DNA from: an uncultured virus (IMG/VR IMGVR_UViG_3300008259_003761)
Lineage: Duplodnaviria > Heunggongvirae > Uroviricota > Caudoviricetes
Reading direction: 5' to 3' (one strand)
IMG/VR virus record: IMGVR_UViG_3300008259_003761
Length of the DNA stretch: 20,000 bases
The notes below the pieces were generated by a model. That model ran no database searches. It saw only the letters and a list, made by a program, of their open reading frames with translations, and had not been told where the DNA came from. Below, piece by piece: positions 10,501 through 17,476 of this stretch; within the stretch, counting starts at the first letter, position 1; each line of letters begins with the position of its first letter. Position numbers and translations under genes: made by a program.

Positions 10501-12613
10501 TGGTGGTTCTGCACAACCATACATTTCAATTGGACAGGGTACACAAGGATATAGTAGAACTGGTATATTCATTGGAAATGATTCAAATAATTTTAGATTA
10601 TCATTAGTTAATAATGAACCAACGGCATCAGCTGCATATAGATATCTAAGATGGAATGGTACTGGGTTGGAACTTAGAGGTAGTGTTGAGGCTTTAGATG
10701 GTGTTATTGGTTCTTGGAGAATTGTTGGTAACACAATACAATCTTCAAATGACTCTATTATATTAGATGCGGATGATGAATCTGTGAGTGTATATGATAG
10801 TACTGATACTCTTAGATTCCAAGCTAATGCGGATACGGATTTACCATCTCTATCAGCAGCAACATCTGGTACTACTTCATTTTCAGGTTCTTCTTTCTTT
10901 AGTAAAACTAGCTTTAATGGTTCTAATATTGATGAGAGTGCATTCTATTATTTTCAACCAAGTTTTACAACTGGAGCTGCTGGAAAATATGTAATAAAAT
11001 ATGTTTATAACCCATCTACTCTATCATCATATGCAAATGCAACCGGTTTTGGTAATTCATACCTTGTATTCCAATTGGTATTAGCACCATTATCTGGTGG
11101 TAATCCTGATTTGGGTAATTTGTATTATGGTAATACTGCCAATGCATTTGCATATGGTAGTATGTCTGAGGATGATTTTAGGTCTGTTATTGGTACTACT
11201 AAAATTTTAATGGGAGATGGTTCTATAAAGTTTGCAAAAGATATAGAACAATGGGATGAAATATTGGCTTGGGATTCTGAAAACCAAAAATTTGTATCAA
11301 CCAAAGTTTCAAAAATCAGTTCAAGGGAAGTAAACGAAACTTATAAAGTAAAAGTTGGTGGAAACGAATTAGAAGTATCCGATACCCACACCTTTTGGGT
11401 AGAGGGTGAAACTGATGAACTTTGTGTATTGGAGTTAATACCTGGTAAATCTAAAATAAATGTAAAAGTTGGAGATTTAATAGAACAAAAGATAGTTGAA
11501 TCTGTAGAAGTTATTGAACAACCAAATGAAGTGTATTCATTATCAGTTCCTAAATATGTAAACTATGTTTCTAATGATATTATTTCACACAACGTTTTTT
11601 ATTACGCTGAATATGATGTTGCATATATACAAAAACCATTAACTTTCGTAGTATCACCAAATTTAGCAGCATCAACTCAATATAGAATAGGACTTGCAGT
11701 TTCATATGAAATTAATTCAATAGATACTAGCGGTACTCCATATTTCCAAAACTCACAAGCATCGGTTCAGGCTAATATTGGTACATCCACATCTGCAACA
11801 TACCAATTGGTATCAGCTGGTACGGTAGCAAATGGGGGTGGGTTTCAAACGGTAACAACAAATGCGGCATATCTTAGACACGATTCTACCATAACAACAT
11901 ATCCTACAACTTATTATACATCATATAGGGGTGGTATAAGTGGTGATACTTTGAGATTGAGAAAAGATAGTGGTGATGATACTACTATATTAAAAATTCA
12001 AAACATAGGAACTTCTGGTACATTTACTGCAATAGATGTTGTTAGTGGTGCTGGTACGGTTGCTATTAATGGTAATCCAATGACATTGGGTGAATCCGGT
12101 ACGTTTTCGGCTAGTGGTGCAATTCGTAGTGGAAATAATGGTACTAGGGGTGGTTTATACTTAGTAAACCCACCAACCGATGGTAGTGTGGGTGGACAAA
12201 CTTATAGGGATGTGAGGATGAGTATTAGTGCTGGTGCATGGGAATTCAGAGTATTTAGAGATGGTCCATCATCAAGACGATATAAAAAAGAAATAGAAGA
12301 TTGGAAATCTTATCCTGATTTATTAGAAAAATTACAACAAGTAAGAGTAAAAGAATTTAGATATACTGAAGCTGACCCTAATAGTGAATACCCTAAAAAG
12401 CTGGCATTGATAGCTGAAGATTTGCATGATGTAGGACTTACTGACCTTATTGGGTATTCTGATATTACCGATAGTGATGGTCAAATAATAGGGCAACAAC
12501 CTGAAGATTTGGATAACAGAAACATATTATGGGCTGTTTGGGCTGGTGTAAATACCCTTATTGATAAAGTTAAGCAAATGGAATCCCAAATGAGTTCTTC
12601 ATTAGGTTTGTAA
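4577..12613 (+). CDS. Giant (2678 aa) virion structural protein, tail fibre/baseplate-like, with repeated beta-domains, collagen-like linker, Hint domain and C-terminal Peptidase_S74 intramolecular chaperone
   Basis: S/T/G-rich beta composition and internal repeats; (G-x-x)9 at 10121-10201; Hint domain at S2203-N2339. C-terminal SSRRYKKEI...LQQVRVKEFRY...LALIAEDL...coiled-coil pattern is typical of S74 chaperones of trimeric fibres. Confidence 0.85.
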   Translation: MAIIKKYAEVLSQPLTSYTTFVNDDAPNSTYFRVTEFKDTFTGGKNGFLIEGSEHLKETTEIKIQILDVEGNPVYYEPGNGIPEYYEGNSKIIAVYVYETTPIGLGKITILGELKTYIDETGIVRDVPEDWAGVYNCKWERTFTINKLISNEDKVRFYKRPKVIINEIVKPIFSNIVTAVTQTGYVDGFAQTPSAGERLTGFTLPTNYLLQINNSATAWTGSVVGSTINLTNLNFSSVVDDVISNKDITITTPYTENGIVKDISNQPYSVTFNYVEGIDNLKTALTGSFAKITLRDLTTFVGDAARVKIFRKSQSDLADYQFIQEIQLESNEILVDLESTTKNLENYGVFDEVLYPNYWLTSSNNITTEFNQDVLYSSIKLDSLGANEFYTSKSLSLTTDAEYTLGFNVRLAQNISSDNYIKVYLSGSKQTTYNNVTSTIGVKKNIVSITSDNSVLQKSQLSSNFKAEEIDDARLYFEVKGNGWYVSDVSLRASQETSYSPDEITFIQPIPRTLPAETFTFLFQFYDINNNYIPVIVEESKTFDGGNLNPIQKSLELIPSSLYFQFDSGSGNGNPLPPTVISFDVVKSYLTGSVTFTSRSFDFFNNELSSSQYSTTVTPGYSWWQFPGLLSDINSNSPYLTVQNFTGSRDPQLEDIVVQFIEYTAQCEGVEDSVIITRVVDGKGGVNYEIRPYSGTVIRNSNPSSSLEVQAIRIDGVNEINLRSGLPAGRSVVQLHVQSGSTYITLQEASNKNFVKGLSAGLTGSGQLNYNAIFKRESIDTQRTLYLIPSGSANPSASILTTLTLTDLLDGIDAGVVLFDADTFTINPRLTNTFTPISSSATASFYKRGTTEGPISASIEVFPSMSVNSDFVPEYWMYYVTNSVNPEISVVAYDERGNVIPSTPINQYIGSPLTQSKQLLVNFTYTEEFTSASVSVDKLFTIVPEGKPGDESIVFEVTPSSVTLQANSRGIVTDYSSTITDVKLKQGSRYLIFTSSRQPGTFHIATGSMVGRNITPGNVYFDNLYTQSLIVSASTNMTDLSASIELPLEIQPYYTSSVYTASVFQNVTKVLDGAPPIEIILSPLSVNLTSDEVGNISDYSNAVTTLKVREGDDYLTYTTSSTIPGSWRVQYISGSNIQTASLQSLITSSTDTAVVNFTAFEYPHVSASALYNIRVYPYALGKGHTYTSSLYERTQFFTKNVAQSAARTVTLTSTSEVVNFDGDGVVVSPEGDITLTAIAFNTTGSAFYEFYKDSVQYSPIQSSNTFTISSGDATSPGQTATWRVDVRDGSNLVTAPVRAQAQITISGIKAGAGAYAANVTNEVASLVGDVWELNTTGSNTQIVAIKGAEQLTHVNSFSPPTLDLNGDPIGSLGEYQVTIQSKPAYITLPGGLASGSIVPTVGGIATIGDVVSWNQWGNNTNAEIVYKIDMEDGRQILYKTQSLSIQFNPYGPYSGQLSNENSSIVYRVSGEVELENTSNTIRGFRGDTELTNSSSFANPQTDAFGNTGYKNQYNVSIHNVSANLDLAGAIVSGSYLSGNPATIGQLDGWGSPESIAVAQIVYRIDCEGRENLYKTQSLSIQYEGNTGPGIVMRGLWNEVTDYIGSVETTNYRRDAIIFPDPSGSSGDTHYWAALSGSGPSGVGFQLPTSPTSPSYVDTSYWQYLGQQDFFVSAKIAIFEESFVKNTINVGNNPGSAFANVVIAGGRTDPYFAIGQSGTVGTSGNQTSAGVIGYDRPGIFLGMYEGGGSGTTGRFSIKSAGGTSGTRGLLWDGSTLTIIGAIRQVEPGVPEGSFRGIWNDGEQYYIDDTVIFDSSTYICTVNHTSTNDLDVNTGEPPTATNSWLISAASGTSGVNGAPGANGTSGTSGAAGSVGPGVVFRGPFSTGSVYYKSTTRTDVVQQAAGGSNYWLATNAALNNQSGSSWGVPSPSSSNWQSFGAEFSSIATGTIISEQSFVQNTLNVGTNIQGSSANIAIVGGSAQPYISIGQGTQGYSRTGIFIGNDSNNFRLSLVNNEPTASAAYRYLRWNGTGLELRGSVEALDGVIGSWRIVGNTIQSSNDSIILDADDESVSVYDSTDTLRFQANADTDLPSLSAATSGTTSFSGSSFFSKTSFNGSNIDESAFYYFQPSFTTGAAGKYVIKYVYNPSTLSSYANATGFGNSYLVFQLVLAPLSGGNPDLGNLYYGNTANAFAYGSMSEDDFRSVIGTTKILMGDGSIKFAKDIEQWDEILAWDSENQKFVSTKVSKISSREVNETYKVKVGGNELEVSDTHTFWVEGETDELCVLELIPGKSKINVKVGDLIEQKIVESVEVIEQPNEVYSLSVPKYVNYVSNDIISHNVFYYAEYDVAYIQKPLTFVVSPNLAASTQYRIGLAVSYEINSIDTSGTPYFQNSQASVQANIGTSTSATYQLVSAGTVANGGGFQTVTTNAAYLRHDSTITTYPTTYYTSYRGGISGDTLRLRKDSGDDTTILKIQNIGTSGTFTAIDVVSGAGTVAINGNPMTLGESGTFSASGAIRSGNNGTRGGLYLVNPPTDGSVGGQTYRDVRMSISAGAWEFRVFRDGPSSRRYKKEIEDWKSYPDLLEKLQQVRVKEFRYTEADPNSEYPKKLALIAEDLHDVGLTDLIGYSDITDSDGQIIGQQPEDLDNRNILWAVWAGVNTLIDKVKQMESQMSSSLGL
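8519..9322 (+). repeat. Tandem 135-aa domain duplication within the giant protein
   Basis: AEIVYKIDMEDGRQILYKTQSLSIQF vs AQIVYRIDCEGRENLYKTQSLSIQY. DNA tataaaacccaatcattatcaattcaat (8888) vs tataaaacacaatctttatcaattcaat (9293), a 405-nt period. Confidence 0.8.
9335..10690 (+). repeat. Second internal duplication (starts 286 aa apart) separated by a small module and a collagen-like run
   Basis: GPGIVMRG...YWAA...WQ...FEESFVKNTINVG...ANVVIAGG...PYFAIGQ...GIFLG...LLWDG vs GPGVVFRG...YWLA...WQ...SEQSFVQNTLNVG...ANIAIVGG...PYISIGQ...GIFIG...LRWNG. Confidence 0.8.
11183..11593 (+). other. 137-aa Hint (intein-like/BIL-type) domain without homing endonuclease
   Basis: Block A-like SVIGTTKILMGDGSIKFAKDI, block B-like VSDTHTFWV, block F/G-like VYSLSVPKYVNYVSNDIISHN. 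The +1 residue is Val. Confidence 0.85.
12269..12610 (+). other. Peptidase_S74-type intramolecular chaperone autocleavage domain
   Basis: S2565-S-R-R-Y-K2570 matches the S-D-x-R-x-K Ser/Lys dyad spacing. It is followed by LIAEDL (cf. GxIAQE) and a terminal coiled coil. Confidence 0.8.
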
Positions 12614-12627
12614 AACTAAATTTATAT

Positions 12628-12636
12628 ATACTTATA
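12628..12636 (+). promoter_or_regulatory. Putative phage late promoter motif ATACTTATA
   Basis: 15 nt upstream of ATG 12652; recurrent motif. Confidence 0.55.
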
Positions 12637-12651
12637 TATAAAGGTAAAACT

Positions 12652-12930
12652 ATGGCATTAGAAACGAAACAATTACCAAAAGAAATAGTTGACAACTTGA
12701 TTTCTTATAAAAATAATTACACTAATTCGGTGTATAATTTAGGAGAGTTGCATATGAGAATTAGTTCACTAAAAAAAGAACTAAAGAAAATGGAAGAAGA
12801 TACCATTTTATATGAAACTGATGTAGATAAAACATATGATATTCTAAACACCGCATTGGCGGATTTGGAAAAGCAGTATCCAAAGGGAGAAGTTAATCTT
12901 TTAGATGGTACTGTTACTTTTGAAAAATAA
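12652..12930 (+). CDS. Small coiled-coil hypothetical protein (paralog of 17477..17839)
   Basis: 92-aa ORF with heptad character and C-terminal YPKGEVNLLDGTV; aligns without gaps to the 120-aa ORF. Confidence 0.85.
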   Translation: MALETKQLPKEIVDNLISYKNNYTNSVYNLGELHMRISSLKKELKKMEEDTILYETDVDKTYDILNTALADLEKQYPKGEVNLLDGTVTFEK

Positions 12931-12941
12931 CCAATAAATAA

Positions 12942-12973
12942 TTTGGTTTTTTCAAAATAATTTTGTATATTTG
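12942..12973 (+). promoter_or_regulatory. Bacteroidota-type primary sigma promoter for the glycosylation operon
   Basis: TTTG at 12942-12945, 20-nt spacer, TATATTTG at 12966-12973. Shares atttggtt...ttttgtatatttgt with the promoter at 187-220. Confidence 0.8.
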
Positions 12974-12990
12974 TTACAATTTAATTTAAT

Positions 12991-15159
12991 ATGCGTAAAA
13001 AGTTACTTTACATATGTCCCCATCTTTCAACCGGAGGACAACCTCAATATACGTTTAAACAGGTAGAGCATTTTATTAATGATTTCGAAATCGAAGTTGT
13101 TGAAATAAACAATAGTGGTGGTGATGCGTTTGTTGTACAAAAAAATCGTATAAAATCATTAGCCATATTACACACTTTGGGTGATGATAAATCTGAAATA
13201 TTGCAGATTATAGAAAAATTTCAACCTGATATTATTCACTTTCAAGAAATACCTCAATTTGATTTATCAACTGATATCTTAGATAAAATTTTTACAAAGG
13301 ATAGAAATTATTTTATAGTATCAACAACACATGGTTCATTTACAAATCCATCTGATATAGTATATCATCCTGATAGATACATTTTAGTTTCAGAATGGAG
13401 TAGAAGAAGATTTGAAGAAACTGGTGTTGAAACTATGTTGTGGGAATATCCAATTGAGGATTTAAAACCAAATAGAAATCAAGCAAAAGAAATATTAAAG
13501 CTAGATTCAGATTGGAAGCATGTATTAATGGTTGGATTGTTTTCACCTGGTAAAAACCAAGCTGAAATATTTTCAGTAGCTAGACAATTAGAAAAATATA
13601 AAATTAAATTTCATTTTGTAGGAAACCAAGCTATGAACTTTGAGCATTATTGGTTACCACTTATGAAAGATAAGCCCGATAATTGTGTAGTATGGGGTGA
13701 AAGAACTGATACGGATACATTCTATGAAGCGTGTGACCTATTTTATTTTTCATCAACTTTAGAATTAAATCCATTATCAATTAAAGAGGCATTAAGTTGG
13801 AAGTTACCTTCATTATTCAGAAGGCTTCATACATTTTTGGATACATATGATAATAACCCATTAGTAACTTATATTGATGATGATTTAAACATTACTAAAA
13901 GAAAAATATTAGAAATATTAAAACCTGAGTTTAATGAACTACCTGGTTGGTTTTCATATGATAAACTTTATGATGAAGCAGTAGAAAAAGCTCCATTTAA
14001 AGCAAATTTTGTTGAGGTTGGTTCTTGGCTTGGAAAATCTACAAATTATTTAGTTGATAGAATAAAAGAATCAAAAAAGAAAATTCAATTTACTACAATT
14101 GATACATTCAAAGGAAACTTAAATGAATCATATTATCAAAAAAGAGTTGAATCATTTGGTGGAGATGCTTTTTACGAATTTGTAGATAACACAGTCATAT
14201 CAAACAACTATGATAAATTTGATATTATAAAAGATACATCAGAAAACGCATCTAAGCAATTTTCAAATGATAGTATTGATTTTATTATGTTAGATGGTGA
14301 CCACTCCTATGAGAATACAATAAATGATATAAAACTTTGGTACAATAAAGTAAAACCGGGTGGATATATTACTGGTGATGATTATAATGTTTTTCCATCT
14401 GTTACAAAAGCAGTAAACGATTACTTTTATAATCAAATTAATAAAGTTGAATTATCTTGGGTTAGGAAAAAACCACGTATTCAGATTAAACATCTTTTGA
14501 CAAGACCTGATGATATGAGAGAGCGTGTATCTATTCAATCTATTAAGCAATTAGCAAAATACGGAATAGATTATCAACCAATTGTAAACAAACCATACGA
14601 AGGATTAGCACCTGCTGAAAATTGCCGTAGACCGGAACATATTAGTAAAGATAATAAACCGGGTGAGTTGTGGCCTGGTGCAGGATTGGGTTGGATGACT
14701 GGTAGACATTATGGATGTTATCTTGCACATAGAGGGGCTTTGGAAACTATTGATGATACAAACTATGATTATACATTAGTGTTTGAAGCGGATGCTTTCA
14801 TCTATACTGGTTTAGAAGAATTCGTAGAAGCCGTTCATAAAGCATGTTTTATTTCAGAAAGAGATGATGTGTATTTTATTGGAATGGCAAATAACCCATC
14901 AAGAGAAAAACATAAGATTGATGATATGTTTAGTAAAACAGCATTTAATCAGGATTTAGCACATGCTTATTTAATTCCAAACCGAACAAAAGGTTGGTGG
15001 ATGGAAAGATTAAAAGATTGTGGTTGGGATGTTGGTGACCTTTGGTTTAATCATGTATTTGCAAATTATCCAAAACATAGATATACTACAAACAAAATGT
15101 ATTCAAAACAAGCTGAAGGATATTCTCTTTTAGACTTAATGGTAAAAACTTGGAACTAA
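12991..15159 (+). CDS. Three-domain glycosyltransferase (GT4-like) - class I SAM methyltransferase (Methyltransf_24-like) - glycosyltransferase (GT25-like) fusion
   Basis: GT-B motifs PHLSTGGQPQ, VGLFSPGKNQ and ELNPLSIKEAL (aa ~1-310). MTase motifs VEVGSWLGKS, DGDHSYE and VKPGGYITGDDY (aa ~315-490). GT25-like motifs GCYLAH, LVFEADA and AHAYLI (aa ~495-722). Confidence 0.85.
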   Translation: MRKKLLYICPHLSTGGQPQYTFKQVEHFINDFEIEVVEINNSGGDAFVVQKNRIKSLAILHTLGDDKSEILQIIEKFQPDIIHFQEIPQFDLSTDILDKIFTKDRNYFIVSTTHGSFTNPSDIVYHPDRYILVSEWSRRRFEETGVETMLWEYPIEDLKPNRNQAKEILKLDSDWKHVLMVGLFSPGKNQAEIFSVARQLEKYKIKFHFVGNQAMNFEHYWLPLMKDKPDNCVVWGERTDTDTFYEACDLFYFSSTLELNPLSIKEALSWKLPSLFRRLHTFLDTYDNNPLVTYIDDDLNITKRKILEILKPEFNELPGWFSYDKLYDEAVEKAPFKANFVEVGSWLGKSTNYLVDRIKESKKKIQFTTIDTFKGNLNESYYQKRVESFGGDAFYEFVDNTVISNNYDKFDIIKDTSENASKQFSNDSIDFIMLDGDHSYENTINDIKLWYNKVKPGGYITGDDYNVFPSVTKAVNDYFYNQINKVELSWVRKKPRIQIKHLLTRPDDMRERVSIQSIKQLAKYGIDYQPIVNKPYEGLAPAENCRRPEHISKDNKPGELWPGAGLGWMTGRHYGCYLAHRGALETIDDTNYDYTLVFEADAFIYTGLEEFVEAVHKACFISERDDVYFIGMANNPSREKHKIDDMFSKTAFNQDLAHAYLIPNRTKGWWMERLKDCGWDVGDLWFNHVFANYPKHRYTTNKMYSKQAEGYSLLDLMVKTWN

Positions 15160-15160
15160 A

Positions 15161-16309
15161 ATGATTTACGATAACTTAGTAAAAAATAAAAGAAATATTG
15201 TTGAAGTACAAAATAAAGTTGTTACTCATTTTGTACGTGGTGCTTTTGTAGAAATAAAAGGACCGAAGGTAGCACAATATAAAGTTGAGTTCAGAGATAA
15301 CAAAACGGGCAAACTACATTACTCTACTGAAATTAAAAATAATATGTGGACTAAATGTAGTATTGAACATTTTATGGAATGGAAAATTACCATTTATGAA
15401 AATGGTACGTTTTGGCATGAACACATATATGATGCTACCGATAAAAGAGTTTATATTGCATTGGATTCAAAAGCATTGGGTGATTCTTTAGCTTGGATTC
15501 CGTATGCTGAGGCTTTTAGAAAAAAGCATGGTTGTAAAGTTATTGTTTCAACATTTATGAATGATATGTTTGAAACAAAATATACAAACTTAGAATTCAT
15601 AAAGCCTGGTACAAATGCTATGGATTTATACGCAATGTATACGGTTGGTTTATTTTATAATGAAGATAGTTCAATAAATGGATTGAAGAATCCAACTGAC
15701 CCAAAACAGCAAACAATGCAAAAGATGTGTTCGGATATATTGGGTTTGGAGTTTGAAGAAATTAAACCATTGATAAAAGAAAGACCCGTAAAGATTGACC
15801 ACAACCTAAAACAAGTATGTATTGGTATTCACGGAACTGCTCAATCTAAATATTGGAATAATCCAAATGGTTGGCAAGATGTTGTAGATTGGTTAAAAGG
15901 TAGAGGATATACAGTTAAACTAATATCAAAAGAAGATAACAATTATATGGGTAATAAACACCCAGAAGGAATCGATAAACATCCAAACGGACCTATTGAA
16001 TTGGTTATGGATGAATTGTTAAAATCAAAAGCATTTATTGGAATTGGTAGTGGATTAAGTTGGTTAAGTTGGGCATTGGATGTACCAACTGTATTGATAA
16101 GTGGGTTTTCATATAAGTGGGCTGAAATGAAAGATTGTATTCGTATTGGTGCACCACAAGGGAAATGTGAAGGATGTTTTAATCGTTTAAGATTAGATGC
16201 TGGGGATTGGAATTGGTGTCCAGACCATAAAGGAACTGAAAGACAATTTGAGTGTACTAAATCAATTACTTCGGAAATGGTAATTAAAGAATTGGAAAAA
16301 TTCTTGTAA
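15161..16309 (+). CDS. Aah/TibC-family (autotransporter-type) protein O-heptosyltransferase
   Basis: Motifs ALGDSLAWIPY...HGC, VCIGIHGTAQSKYWNNPNGW and FIGIGSGLSWLSWALDVPTVLISGFS, plus the four-Cys iron-finger pattern C336-EG-C339...WC353P...RQFEC365. Confidence 0.88.
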   Translation: MIYDNLVKNKRNIVEVQNKVVTHFVRGAFVEIKGPKVAQYKVEFRDNKTGKLHYSTEIKNNMWTKCSIEHFMEWKITIYENGTFWHEHIYDATDKRVYIALDSKALGDSLAWIPYAEAFRKKHGCKVIVSTFMNDMFETKYTNLEFIKPGTNAMDLYAMYTVGLFYNEDSSINGLKNPTDPKQQTMQKMCSDILGLEFEEIKPLIKERPVKIDHNLKQVCIGIHGTAQSKYWNNPNGWQDVVDWLKGRGYTVKLISKEDNNYMGNKHPEGIDKHPNGPIELVMDELLKSKAFIGIGSGLSWLSWALDVPTVLISGFSYKWAEMKDCIRIGAPQGKCEGCFNRLRLDAGDWNWCPDHKGTERQFECTKSITSEMVIKELEKFL

Positions 16310-16698
16310 TGAATAAAGTAATTTGGATAAATGGTTGTTTTGATGTTCTACATTATGGACATTTTAAATTGATTCAATATGCAGTTTCATTAGGTGGTAA
16401 GTTAATAATTGGTATTGATTCGGATGAAAGAGTTAAAGAACTAAAAGGTAAAGATAGACCTTTTCATACTCAAACACAAAGAGAATATTGTTTAAGACAA
16501 ATTAGAGGTGTTGGTGATGTAGTTGTATTTAATACCGAAGATGAATTGAGAAATACATTAGAATACTTAAAACCGGATTACTTCGTTATAGGTTCTGATT
16601 ATATAAATAAACCAATTATTGGTGGACAATTTGCAAAAGAAATTAAATTCTTCGAAAGGATAGATGAGTTTTCAACAACAAAATTATTAGATGAGTAA
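16309..16698 (+). CDS. rfaE2: D-glycero-beta-D-manno-heptose 1-phosphate nucleotidylyltransferase (stand-alone HldE domain II, HldC/RfaE2-like)
   Basis: NGCFDVLHYGH (HxGH), GIDSDERVKELKGKDRP, GSDY and C-terminal STT motifs. TAATG overlap with the upstream gene. Confidence 0.85.
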   Translation: MNKVIWINGCFDVLHYGHFKLIQYAVSLGGKLIIGIDSDERVKELKGKDRPFHTQTQREYCLRQIRGVGDVVVFNTEDELRNTLEYLKPDYFVIGSDYINKPIIGGQFAKEIKFFERIDEFSTTKLLDE

Positions 16699-17434
16699 AG
16701 TATTAGTTATAGGAGAAAGTTGTACTGATGTTTTCATATACGGAAAAACAGAAAGAAAATCACCCGAAGGTAAAGGACCTGTTTTCGTACCAACAAGAGA
16801 GGTCTATGGTAATGGTATGGCACTAAATACAGCAAACAATCTATCAGCTATGGGTGTTGATGTAGATGTTTATTCTGATAATGGTGGTATAACTAAAACA
16901 AGATATGTAAACGAAACCACAAATGAATTGTATTTGAGAGTAGATGAAAATGATTCAGTTGATAGGATTGATATTTACAAATTGCCAGATTTAGCATTTT
17001 ATAATGCCATCGTAATATCTGATTATTGTAAAGGTTTTTTAACCGAAGAGGATATAGATAAGATAGCATCCATGCATAGTTTGGTTTTAGTGGATACTAA
17101 AAAGAAATTAGGGGATTGGTGTAAAAATATAACATTTATAAAACTCAATAGGTCTGAATGGCAAAATAATATCGATGAGATAAAAAAATACTCCGAATGG
17201 ATTGATAAAAAATTAATAGTTACATTAGATAGTAGGGGTGCTACATATATGGGTAAACTGATACCTACCGAAAAAGTTCAAAATGCAGATGTGAGTGGTG
17301 CTGGTGATACTTTTGTAGCAGGATTTACTGTAAAGTACATAGAATCAACCAATATTGAAGAATCTATTCAATGGGCTAACTATTGTTCTGGACAAGTTGT
17401 AAAAGAAAAAGGTGTAACTGTGTTCGAAAAGTAA
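16691..17434 (+). CDS. rfaE1: Heptose 7-phosphate kinase, PfkB family (stand-alone HldE domain I, HldA/RfaE1-like)
   Basis: KVLVIGESCTDVFIYG...SPE...PV, TKTRY, ISDYCKGFL and the PfkB signature DVSGAGDTF. Overlaps the upstream gene by 8 nt. Confidence 0.85.
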   Translation: MSKVLVIGESCTDVFIYGKTERKSPEGKGPVFVPTREVYGNGMALNTANNLSAMGVDVDVYSDNGGITKTRYVNETTNELYLRVDENDSVDRIDIYKLPDLAFYNAIVISDYCKGFLTEEDIDKIASMHSLVLVDTKKKLGDWCKNITFIKLNRSEWQNNIDEIKKYSEWIDKKLIVTLDSRGATYMGKLIPTEKVQNADVSGAGDTFVAGFTVKYIESTNIEESIQWANYCSGQVVKEKGVTVFEK

Positions 17435-17442
17435 AAAACAAT

Positions 17443-17451
17443 ATATTTATA
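17443..17451 (+). promoter_or_regulatory. Putative phage late promoter motif ATATTTATA
   Basis: 25 nt upstream of ATG 17477; overlaps the palindrome ATTTATATATAAAT (17445-17458). Confidence 0.55.
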
Positions 17452-17476
17452 TATAAATCAACAAAAAAACAAAAAT

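Noticed and set aside
11183..11593. Canonical mobile intein
   Set aside because: No homing endonuclease and no +1 Cys/Ser/Thr; reported as a Hint/BIL-like domain instead.
12929..12952. AACCAA-N8-TTGGTT-TTTT as an intrinsic terminator
   Set aside because: The 6-bp AT-rich stem is weak, and the sequence is already explained by the -33 promoter element.
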